Origin: a virus | Lineage: Duplodnaviria > Caudoviricetes | Reading direction: 5' to 3' (one strand) | Virus record (IMG/VR): IMGVR_UViG_3300023714_000001 | Length of the DNA: 64,000 bases | In this document: positions 1 to 8,107 of the stretch, piece after piece | How the letters are laid out: the number at the start of each line of letters is the position of its first letter | How positions within the stretch are numbered: position 1 is the first letter of the stretch | Position numbers and translations under genes: made by a program | Notes under the pieces: model-generated | What the model was told of the DNA's origin: nothing | What the model saw: only the letters and a program-made list of their open reading frames with translations | The model's database searches: none

Positions 1-75
1 GCAGATTACTTCGGCTACTTCATGCGGGGTGTTTTCTTCTTTGTATCCTTGAAGACTAATAACCTTATTCATTCA

Positions 76-384
76 TCAACACAATTCGCCTTCGGTGTTT
101 AACACACATTTGCTGTCAAAATAAATATCTACAGCTGTTGTGTAATACCCATTCTGCGCAGAATAGCATGGAACATAGAACATGCGGCCCTTATCTCCAA
201 AACGAAAACCATACTCACATTCTTCAAACTGAAGTTCTGAGTCATAGTCGTAATCACGAGCTAAGTCGTCCAGTTGTTTAAAATCCGCATAATTCCATTC
301 ACAGCAATCTTGCGCATGGTCGTAGGTAATAAGGCGGCCGTCATCAAATTCAATAAAGTCTTCTGTTATGGATACAATCTTCAA
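76..384 (-). CDS. hypothetical phage protein
   Basis: 102-aa acidic ORF (TTG start) with a GGGG purine tract upstream, in a tightly packed minus-strand operon. Confidence 0.7.
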   Translation of the reverse strand: MKIVSITEDFIEFDDGRLITYDHAQDCCEWNYADFKQLDDLARDYDYDSELQFEECEYGFRFGDKGRMFYVPCYSAQNGYYTTAVDIYFDSKCVLNTEGELC

Positions 385-407
385 GTAACTTTATCCCCTT
401 TTATACA

Positions 408-611
408 TTATCGGTTGGCATCAAATTCAATCTGGTCTACAATAGCATCACGGGGCACACCATAATGAGTCTTGTTAATACTAGGCTCATACAAGTCATA
501 CGTGTTGTCGTCCCTCACCTTGATAACCTTGCAGGGATAATAGCTATTTGACCAGTCTTCACAATTAGCCAGATAAGCATTGTCACCAATGCGTAAGCTT
601 CTTTTACTCAT
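408..611 (-). CDS. hypothetical protein
   Basis: 67-aa ORF, GGAG RBS. Confidence 0.6.
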   Translation of the reverse strand: MSKRSLRIGDNAYLANCEDWSNSYYPCKVIKVRDDNTYDLYEPSINKTHYGVPRDAIVDQIEFDANR

Positions 612-621
612 TCTTTCTCCA

Positions 622-870
622 TCATCGCTTTGCTTCTTCGTACAATTCAGCAGCGTTGTCTGCCATATATTTACTTACCTTTTCGTAAGCTATTGAGGTG
701 CTTTTCTCACCAAATCCTCTGAATTTAGTGCGGGCGGGATAACACTCAATTACCTCTCCGTCTTCAGTCGCTTCAACAACCAGTGCCCATCCAAAAATAT
801 GCAGGAATTGATTCACCAGAAGGAATAAGCCTGTTGCCCTAAATTCATTCCATGTCTTTTTCTTTATCAT
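622..870 (-). CDS. hypothetical phage protein
   Basis: ORF 622..915; MIKKKTW start at 870 follows an AGGTG RBS. Confidence 0.6.
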   Translation of the reverse strand: MIKKKTWNEFRATGLFLLVNQFLHIFGWALVVEATEDGEVIECYPARTKFRGFGEKSTSIAYEKVSKYMADNAAELYEEAKR

Positions 871-884
871 GTTCTTTTCACCTG

Positions 885-1442
885 CTAATATCTGATTTTC
901 TTGTAGGCCAGCCAATCAGTAGTGCCCATAACTAAGTTTGCCAAGCATTGTGCCGCGATACAATACTCTACGCCAATCTTCGTAAAGATTATCGCGATTA
1001 CGCTGCCGATAAGAGCCGCCGTCAAATTAACCGTTTTAGACAGGCTGTTCCATTTGGTCAATCTATCGCCTTCAATTTGGTGATTGATTGCATCGTTTAC
1101 CACCGTAAACCAGAGCGTTGATGACACAGCATTTAATACTGCTAAGCCGAGAAACCTAACTTCCGGTACAGATATACCTTCAAAACTGATAAGCGCGAAA
1201 CAGATAACATCTATTGCGATTATCCAGAGGAAATGATGTCTGTAGAAATCCTTAAGTTTATCTGACTGAATAGAAGCATTAACTCCTGCCGCCAAAGCCG
1301 TGGTTATGATATTGGCTGCCGCTAAAATGCTGGAACTTATTAAACTTATAAAATATACCTGGATGATTGGCGATGTCGCTGAATAAACAAAGTCTACGAC
1401 AGCGGTGCCACCAAGAAGATACGCTTTAACTGTTTTATTCAT
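885..1442 (-). CDS. multi-pass membrane protein (resembles half of an MFS-like fold)
   Basis: 185 aa with about six hydrophobic segments. Confidence 0.55.
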   Translation of the reverse strand: MNKTVKAYLLGGTAVVDFVYSATSPIIQVYFISLISSSILAAANIITTALAAGVNASIQSDKLKDFYRHHFLWIIAIDVICFALISFEGISVPEVRFLGLAVLNAVSSTLWFTVVNDAINHQIEGDRLTKWNSLSKTVNLTAALIGSVIAIIFTKIGVEYCIAAQCLANLVMGTTDWLAYKKIRY

Positions 1443-1678
1443 TAGAGTTTTGCTCCAATTTTTACCTTTGTTTCTTTTTCCAGAAAGCTAAGAATTTCTT
1501 TTGCTCTGGGGTAAATTATAGTACCATCATCCTGCCATTTGTAGCAGGGTGTTTTGCAATTAAGACAATCACTGGTAGCAGAGATATCAAATCCTTGAAG
1601 ACTCTTAAGCATATGTGCTAAGCATACCAGCTTCTTATGAGAAAAAGAATATTTTACCATAAATTTTCCTTTCCCCAT
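1442..1678 (-). CDS. hypothetical protein with CxxCxxxC
   Basis: 78-aa ORF whose stop overlaps the next start (TAATG). Confidence 0.5.
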   Translation of the reverse strand: MGKGKFMVKYSFSHKKLVCLAHMLKSLQGFDISATSDCLNCKTPCYKWQDDGTIIYPRAKEILSFLEKETKVKIGAKL

Positions 1679-1829
1679 ATCGGTTCATTGAGATAACTTA
1701 CCTTAAAATAAATCCGGCGCAAGCTTCCGGAGTTCCATACTGGAACGTAAGTTACCTCAATCAGCCGACATGGCTGATTTTGGCTTTTTCAATCAGCGTT
1801 TCTTCGAGACGTTAACCTCGTTGAAACGA

Positions 1830-2226
1830 TGGTGGAGCTGAGGAGAATTGAACTCCTGTCCAAAACACATCCACTTATAAGACGTTATCGCAATAGGCAT
1901 TTTTAAGAGCGCCATTCTCTAGGGTGTAACCAGCCGAACAACGATGCAATGGTCTACACCTCCACCACCTGCTTTTGAGAAAAACAGGAAAACATCCATT
2001 TATTTTCGTCAGTGGCTCCTGACGGTGCTGTGTTTATTTGAAACCTATCGCCCTGCTCACAGCTAGTGATACGATAGGGGCTAACTAATCTACCGTTAGG
2101 GCAGATTAGGCAGCGAGACGATATTCAGCTTCGTCAGTTGAATTTAGTGGTTAATGAGTTAGGCTTCATAACCATCGGCCTGCGAATCTTACGGCTTCAA
2201 TATCCTGTCGAAACCTTTACAGCCCC
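1830..2226 (-). ncRNA. ssrA: tmRNA; tag peptide (A)DEAEYRLAA*
   Basis: 5' GGGGCTGTAAAGGTTTCGAC, 3' T-arm GGAGTTCAATTCTCC plus CAGCTCCACCA with Ala acceptor G3.U pair; tag frame GAC GAA GCT GAA TAT CGT CTC GCT GCC TAA at 2135-2106. Confidence 0.95.
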
Positions 2227-2229
2227 ATA

Positions 2230-3870
2230 TGACCCTTTCGGGTCAGGTTATCAAACGCTTTTACTAGCAATGAAAGATGAAGTTGCCAGTGCAGGTTTTT
2301 TGGCGCCCGAACAACTATCATAAAGCGGCGCCATGCCTGTTTCGTAAGGTACAAGGCTTGTTGTTTCCCCGTGGGACTCACGGTAGTTGAACTCTTTTGG
2401 TCACTATCGGGCAGAACCTTTCCCATCACGCGCAGCCCTTCCACGGCAGTCATACACGCACTTATAACAAGCAGTTATGTGATTAATTTAGCGCCCGAAG
2501 TGTAGCAGCGCTATGTCGGATTGACCCATCCAAGCTTTGGCAAATGCCCGTCATCTGGGGTAAGCTTCATACCGATTTGAACGAGGACGTTTCCTCTGTC
2601 TTTGCTTACGAGGTCTAAAATCTTTGATGCCCGTCCTACTCTACAGCAGCATCATGCTCGCTCTACATGGCAAGGCTTTTTGTACATAGGTGATGGTAAG
2701 CTTCACCGATTTGAACGAGAGCGTCCTCTCTATCTTCGCTTACAAGGTCTGATAACAGCATGCTCCGCATTGCGCTATACGAAACAAGGTACTCCTTCCG
2801 CATTGTCGCGAATGAGCTATGATGCCCGAAAAGATAAGCAGCATCGGGAGAGCCTGAAAGGGATTAGCTTTCATGACCGGACTCTCGCTTATGAGATGTT
2901 TTCTTTTTGCGGCCACCGATGAACTTACTCACCCCGCAGGGGAGTCCTACATATATCGGTGTTTACCGGATTACTGCCTTGGCCACCGGTTTCCCTATCC
3001 TGTTTCGGACAGGTATCTTCTGCAGGTTTATCCTGAGAGGATGCACTCCCAGTTGCGGTCGTCCCGCAAATCTTGTCTGGTCGGCTTATTAGGTAGTGGC
3101 CAGCATCTACCGACAGTTTTTCGCCTTGACGGGCTAAATCGCCTTCGTGCCTGTTATCGTCCTTAAATTGATAGACCGTGTACTTTAGTCCATCCAGACG
3201 AAGGTAATCCAGGTACGCTTGACGCAACCTTGCTACCGTTTGACCGAGCTACCATTTGTACTTTATGGCGTTATCGGGACGGCCCAGGTTTCTGATAAAG
3301 GTCATCTCTTTAAGCTAGTTACAGCCAAGGGTAATGGAGCCCTATCCCGGTTTGACCCATCATGCCGGGCAAGGAATGCCTTCGCGTCGTTATTCTGAGT
3401 GCTAAAAACCGTGGCCTTTAGTTCTTACTTCCTCAGTAATTGTCCGCTAGCGAACGCTCCGATAAAGTTCATCTCTTCGGCTGTTGGCGCCGGGTAATCG
3501 GGACGCCTGCACACAGCAGTACGAACCCGAAAACACGGTTGGCCTATTCTGGTTACAGCCAGGGTTAATGGAGACCCTTTTATACGCTAGGTTAACCCAC
3601 CGCCTGCAGGAAAGCTTTCGTGTCGTGGATCACGCCCCTTCTTCGGGCAAAGCTGGCATGCTCCTACACATAGGGGCATCCAGTGTCCACGGTGACTCAA
3701 GCTGACTGTCTATTTATACGCATCCGCAGTCATTGATGCCCAATTCTTTGAACTTCGGGAAACATTTTGATGCCCGGCTCCCAGGGCAGCATCATGGATT
3801 TAACATCGCCTGTAAAGGTAGCGACCCTTTTACATTTCCGGCGCCCAATTACGCACGGTGGAGATTAGAT
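2230..3870 (-). ncRNA. 1.6-kb non-coding array of repeated small structured RNA modules
   Basis: No RBS-supported ORF; at least five motif families recur 2-5 times, one with covarying stems; lies between tRNA-like genes and tmRNA. Confidence 0.65.
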
Positions 3871-3873
3871 AAG

Positions 3874-3946
3874 TGCTCATTACAGGAATCGAACCTGTCC
3901 TTCCGCCGACCAAAATGGTCCACCGGTGTCTCCCAGACTATGAGCA
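3874..3946 (-). ncRNA. tRNA-like RNA without a canonical anticodon loop
   Basis: Acceptor TGCTCAT/ATGAGCA, minimal D arm GTCT-GGG-AGAC, T arm ACAGG-TTCGATT-CCTGT; anticodon arm replaced by GACCA-TTT-TGGTC. Confidence 0.65.
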
Positions 3947-3950
3947 TGAT

Positions 3951-4022
3951 ATCCCCAAGAAGGATTCGAACCTTCGCCGTAGGCCGTAGCCTTACGAGCC
4001 CTGCCGGAGGAGCTTTGGGGAT
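3951..4022 (-). ncRNA. tRNA-like RNA with a UACG tetraloop in place of the anticodon loop
   Basis: Acceptor TCCCCAA/TTGGGGA, D arm GCTC..GGGC, T arm GAAGG-TTCGAAT-CCTTC; middle arm GGC-TACG-GCC. Confidence 0.7.
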
Positions 4023-4034
4023 GTATGATATAGG

Positions 4035-4116
4035 GGAGGCAGGGAGGAGTCGAACCACCATCATAAGAAAGCCCCATTTGCTTTCCCGTCTGCTCTGCCG
4101 TTTGAGCTACTACCTC
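4035..4116 (-). ncRNA. tRNA-like RNA with an aberrant anticodon arm
   Basis: Acceptor GAGGTAG/CTGCCTC, D arm TAGCTCAAACGGCAGAGC, T loop TTCGACT; middle arm GGGAAAGC-AAATGGG-GCTTTCTT lacks the Y32-U33 signature. Confidence 0.65.
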
Positions 4117-4216
4117 ATTATAGGGGGGCGGCTTATTTTTACATCCTGTCGCCTTGGGATGGCTGCTCGTCTCAAACAGCTCAGCTACTCAGCATCGGTG
4201 TAGCCTCTCTCGTGCC

Positions 4217-4242
4217 GGGTTTTATAGACTTTTCCTTGTCTA
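4217..4242 (-). repeat. hairpin repeat TRGAC-AAGGAAAA-GTCTA-TAAAACCC, copy 1
   Basis: Near-identical to 5568-5593. Confidence 0.75.
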
Positions 4243-4254
4243 ATGTCCTAAAGG

Positions 4255-4575
4255 TTAGTAATAGATACAGCTATACATGCGGATAGGCTTTACAATTCTG
4301 CTATCTCCTTTTGGAAGAAATGTTACTTCCTTGCCGATAAAGCTTTTCTGCTTACTATCTTTCGTGTCTATTTGTATGTAGCCTGGCGCTTTCACATAGT
4401 CACAACAAAACATAAAGACTTCATCTTCAATCATTACTGCATCATATTTAATGGGGCTATCTTTAAGATCTATTTTGAGAATCATTAAGGTTGCATTTTG
4501 ATGAAGGCTACTAAAGCCATGTTCTTCTAAAATGTTGCATGTTTTATCGTTCATCTTTTGCCTCCTATTCTCCAA
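4255..4575 (-). CDS. hypothetical protein, possible immunity partner of the upstream toxin-like domain
   Basis: Overlaps the stop of 4565..5131; AT-rich. Confidence 0.45.
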   Translation of the reverse strand: MENRRQKMNDKTCNILEEHGFSSLHQNATLMILKIDLKDSPIKYDAVMIEDEVFMFCCDYVKAPGYIQIDTKDSKQKSFIGKEVTFLPKGDSRIVKPIRMYSCIYY

Positions 4576-5131
4576 ATTTATCTTTTAATTCCTTTTTATA
4601 GTCTGCTAAATTTGCCTTAGTCAGTTCGATTTCATTTTTAGGGATTTTGTACTTATCAGCTACGCTCAATAAATATTTCTGAGCATCTATTTCTCTTAAC
4701 AATCTTGTTTTGGGATCAAACGGATTGTCTCCAAATAGATTTTTCCTGTCTTGCTTAGCATGATACGTTTCCTCTAAAATGTCAGAAACAGTTGGGTTCT
4801 CCCTCAAAAGCATTAAATTCTCGCCGCCAACCATATAACTGGCATAAGCACCCTGATGTTCAAGAATCGCTTTTGCTTCCGCATCCATACGAATTTCGCC
4901 GCCGTTTCTTACAAAATCTTTTGTTAGCTTATGGTATGTTGGTTTATCAATAATTTCGAAACCATCATCCCTAACTCGACGCCGAAGCATTTGCAAGGCT
5001 TCTTCTGTGGGATTTATGATTTTTCGTGTCATTCCCATATTTAGTGGCGGGAACCTAAACAAATTTGACTGTTGGTTTACAGGTAAGGACGATTTTATTA
5101 AGGGCAACGCAAACGGATTGAATATTTTCAA
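4565..5131 (-). CDS. zincin-like metallopeptidase toxin-type domain protein
   Basis: PTVSDILEETYHAKQ (degenerate HExxH) followed by REIDAQ, reminiscent of polymorphic-toxin MPTase C-terminal domains. Confidence 0.45.
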   Translation of the reverse strand: MKIFNPFALPLIKSSLPVNQQSNLFRFPPLNMGMTRKIINPTEEALQMLRRRVRDDGFEIIDKPTYHKLTKDFVRNGGEIRMDAEAKAILEHQGAYASYMVGGENLMLLRENPTVSDILEETYHAKQDRKNLFGDNPFDPKTRLLREIDAQKYLLSVADKYKIPKNEIELTKANLADYKKELKDKFGE

Positions 5132-5399
5132 TTGTGTTTCCTCCCTTATTTTACCACAAAATCATTTCCTTGACACGTATGATACAATAGGTATTAGCTG
5201 AGAATATCGAAAAATGTTTGCCATCCTTCGCAAAACACTTATTTGCGCCCCGTAAGGAGCGTTCTCGTGGAGCGGCTTAACTCCGCGATACATGTAGGCT
5301 TGGTATGGGATAACAGTTCACAATCTTGAAAGAGACCTCGTGATCTGCCCGCCCGCCGAAGTTTTGTCTTGTTTATTCTATAGAAAGGACGGTACAACT

Positions 5400-5498
5400 A
5401 TGGAGTTGCATTTCATTTTGCGCCCGAAGATTCTTCGGGAACTTCGCTGGCTGATTGTCGTGCTTGTCGTGGCGATCGTTGTTGCGAAGCACTTCTAA
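5400..5498 (+). CDS. 32-aa hydrophobic peptide MELHFILRPKILRELRWLIVVLVVAIVVAKHF
   Basis: GAAAGGA RBS; single transmembrane helix; below the ORF-track size cut-off. Confidence 0.55.
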   Translation: MELHFILRPKILRELRWLIVVLVVAIVVAKHF

Positions 5499-5567
5499 TT
5501 CTTATAAGGATAAAACGATATTCCCGGCTATTTTTATATCTATTGTATTATACCTGTTAAGGAACAG

Positions 5568-5593
5568 GGGTTTTATAGACTTTTCCTTGTCCA
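5568..5593 (-). repeat. hairpin repeat TRGAC-AAGGAAAA-GTCTA-TAAAACCC, copy 2
   Basis: Near-identical to 4217-4242. Confidence 0.75.
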
Positions 5594-5929
5594 GTGACTG
5601 CATCCGAAGATGTGAAGTCATTGATTATCCAAAAGTTGTTTTGATAATCATCGGACCTTCTCCTTTCAAAAGAAGCAGGTGTTTTATCCGGCTTGTCCTC
5701 TAGGGCCGGATTATACCGTAATTCATTTTGCGTTTACGGTGTCCTCATTGGAGATTGCTGCCACAGGCCAAGTTTCTTTCAGGGCTCTCCGAGGCTTGCG
5801 ATGAATGACGTCAGTCTTCTTCGCATTCTTTATTCGCTGCATGGTTCTCTTGGCAACCAGCAGTCAGGTCACGCTATGCGGATGAGCAGTGTTTACGGCC
5901 CTGCTCTAGCCGGTCACATGGAGGGGGAT

Positions 5930-6586
5930 TTATTCCAAGCTGGTGAAATTAACAGCCGGAAATGCTTTTTGGCGCTTTTTAATCACCTGTTGCTGTTCGT
6001 CACTATAATAGGCGAGGCATTCTTCAGGAATACGGCCAACCACTTCATAGCTTCTCACAAAAGGCATTTCCAATAAGCCTACAAACGGATTTTTATCCTT
6101 CATGTCAGTTGAACCTTCATAAGAAGTGTCCAAAAGAATCCAGGTTTGTGCATCAGCATTAAGTTCGCTGGATAAAATCTTGCGCATTTCACGTTCCGTT
6201 GCGGCAAACGTAAATTCATCAATGAATGTTATTTTACGTCTTTTGTCAAAAGGTTCAGACGTGCAACCGCTACCATCTGGTCTTATGCTGATTTGCGGGT
6301 AAAGTGCTTCAAAGTTATCGCCGAGTGCTTTTTTGAAGGTCATTTTCATATATTTTGCATGGCTTCTATCTCCGCACTCAATAATGATATGGTCAGCCAT
6401 ATCCTTAAGCAAAATCTTCTTTACCGTATTAACGATAAAAGTAGATTTTCCGAAACGACGGTCTACATTGATTGCAGTTATGCCGCCGTCGCAAAGATGC
6501 GTAAACGGAATCCTATCGAACCAATCGCCAGCTTTATAGCTGCATATAATTTTCTTTTTAAGACAATTGTTCATGTTTTTCCTCAT
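5930..6586 (-). CDS. terminase-like P-loop ATPase (ATPase domain only)
   Basis: Walker A RRFGKST of the large-terminase type and Walker B FIDE; only 218 aa, so no nuclease domain. Confidence 0.55.
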   Translation of the reverse strand: MRKNMNNCLKKKIICSYKAGDWFDRIPFTHLCDGGITAINVDRRFGKSTFIVNTVKKILLKDMADHIIIECGDRSHAKYMKMTFKKALGDNFEALYPQISIRPDGSGCTSEPFDKRRKITFIDEFTFAATEREMRKILSSELNADAQTWILLDTSYEGSTDMKDKNPFVGLLEMPFVRSYEVVGRIPEECLAYYSDEQQQVIKKRQKAFPAVNFTSLE

Positions 6587-6685
6587 TTATTTTTCCAAAG
6601 CTAAGCAAGCAAAGAACGCTGCTAATGCTGCGTAGCCGTTATCCGTACAACACCAGACCACGACAGCGAGCATTAACGCTATCAT
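6587..6685 (-). CDS. 32-aa hydrophobic peptide
   Basis: MIALMLAVVVWCCTDNGYAALAAFFACLALEK; abuts the neighbouring ORFs. Confidence 0.4.
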   Translation of the reverse strand: MIALMLAVVVWCCTDNGYAALAAFFACLALEK

Positions 6686-6800
6686 CGTTTACCGGTCGAG
6701 CCTACGTAGCGGCCCATCAAATGGCCATTGCCAATCATAACATTGGTGTGTGCGCAACACTTAGCTTTCGGATAAAACAGCGCTTTTGCCTTTTTTAGTG

Positions 6801-7043
6801 TTAGAATAAGTCTTTACCATTTCCACCGAACCTCTCTAAAATAAAGTCGTATATAGTTCTGCCTAAGAAACCCGCGGCCGGACCTATGACAAAAATTACA
6901 ATAGCAATTACTGCCGCCGTTTCAAGGGAATGTTTTGCCATTACGACGAAGATTGTTGCCGTAAAAACTGCGCATGTCGCCATAATGTATGTGATATACT
7001 CATCGAGTAGAGTCAGTATATCATATTTAGAAAAATTAAACAT
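6801..7043 (-). CDS. small membrane protein
   Basis: 80 aa, two hydrophobic helices, TGATG coupling. Confidence 0.55.
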   Translation of the reverse strand: MFNFSKYDILTLLDEYITYIMATCAVFTATIFVVMAKHSLETAAVIAIVIFVIGPAAGFLGRTIYDFILERFGGNGKDLF

Positions 7044-7315
7044 CAGGCATGCACCAGCTCATCATCGTCATTATACTTCGGCGCGCTGAACTTTGCCAAC
7101 GCCCAAGCCTTAACATCATCAGCCTTACTCTGCATACGAGATACAAATCCGCTTGCCGTTTTCTTATGCAGTTCTTCGTTTTCCTGGTAGGGACGAATAA
7201 TATTCAGGCTGTTTTCCATGCCCGCCAGTTCTGGTACATAGAAACCATGTTTTTCTGCCTCGGATTTGAAGCTATAGAATTTTGAGGCAAGGTCATTCCA
7301 TTCAAGAGATGTCAA
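7043..7315 (-). CDS. hypothetical protein
   Basis: 90-aa ORF, TTG start with AGGAAGG RBS. Confidence 0.6.
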   Translation of the reverse strand: MTSLEWNDLASKFYSFKSEAEKHGFYVPELAGMENSLNIIRPYQENEELHKKTASGFVSRMQSKADDVKAWALAKFSAPKYNDDDELVHA

Positions 7316-7364
7316 TGTTTGTTACCTTCCTTTAATGTTTTTATAGTCGTGCTTTTTGTTTTTA

Positions 7365-7451
7365 TGGAGCCCCCGGTCAGATTCGAACTGACGTGTCCTT
7401 TTCGGAACCGGTTTACAAAACCGGTGCAATCGGCCGCTATGCGACAGGGGC
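7365..7451 (-). tRNA. tRNA-Thr(UGU) with a long variable arm
   Basis: GCCCCTG acceptor, anticodon arm CCGGT-TTTGTAA-ACCGG, variable arm TCC-GAAAA-GGA, encoded CCA. Confidence 0.8.
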
Positions 7452-7457
7452 ATAATA

Positions 7458-7533
7458 TGGAGCGGAAAACGAGACTCGAACTCGCGACATTCTGCTTGGA
7501 AGGCAGAAGCTCTACCAACTGAGCTATTTCCGC
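7458..7533 (-). tRNA. tRNA-Gly(UCC)
   Basis: Canonical 76-nt cloverleaf, loop CTTCCAA, GCG acceptor, U73, CCA. Confidence 0.95.
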
Positions 7534-7535
7534 AT

Positions 7536-7611
7536 TGGCTCCCCGAGCAGGACTCGAACCTGCGACATATGGATTAACAGTCCACCGTTCTACCGGCTGA
7601 ACTATCGGGGA
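7536..7611 (-). tRNA. tRNA-Asn(GUU)
   Basis: Canonical cloverleaf, loop CTGTTAA, G73, CCA. Confidence 0.95.
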
Positions 7612-7997
7612 AGAGTGTAGGCAGTTATGTCTTACCCAGGACCTATCCTATTTCCCTCCGGTAACTGACGGATTTTTGGTAACGGAGTGGCCGGATAGTG
7701 GCCGTTGCTTTTGTCGCCGACTGTCTGGGTCTAACAACAATATATCTAATCCCTTTACAGGGGATTATTCAGAGTTACTGCATTTGGTACAGAAAGGAGA
7801 AAAGATGATACCACGCTGCAGTGGGCGTTATCGTATATGTTTGGCCACTAACCAGACGTTAACCTGGTATTGGGCATAAGCGGGCGGCCGTCAATTTTAA
7901 TGTCCCTCGACCGCGAAGGACACCGCTTTCGCGGCACTACATGTAGTGTTTTGCCCGGACCGGTTGATCAGACCTGTTACCAGACAAATATTAGCTA

Positions 7998-8071
7998 AGC
8001 CAGTATCAGGACTCGAACCTGAGTCGCCGAGGTTACGTTTCGGTGCTCTATCCCCATTGAGCTATACCGGC
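7998..8071 (-). tRNA. degenerate tRNA (Thr-like body, aberrant anticodon loop)
   Basis: Acceptor, D and T arms intact; anticodon arm CCGA-AACGTAACC-TCGG lacks U33; no CCA. Confidence 0.6.
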
Positions 8072-8107
8072 ATAAATTGTAACCGCGCCGCTTGGGCGCA
8101 TTTTTAG

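Noticed and set aside
1798-1828. GTTTC..GTTGAAAC segment resembling a CRISPR repeat
   Set aside because: Adequately explained as a hairpin next to the tmRNA 3' end; single copy, no promoter, no recognisable subtype
3053-3069. GG-ACGA-CC hairpin resembling a guanidine-II riboswitch loop
   Set aside because: Only one hairpin where the riboswitch needs two, and no downstream transporter gene
2138-4203. ORF-track entries across the RNA island (e.g. 2602..2922, 2925..3227, 3733..4203)
   Set aside because: No RBS, atypical composition, and they overlap tmRNA, tRNA-like RNAs and covarying hairpins
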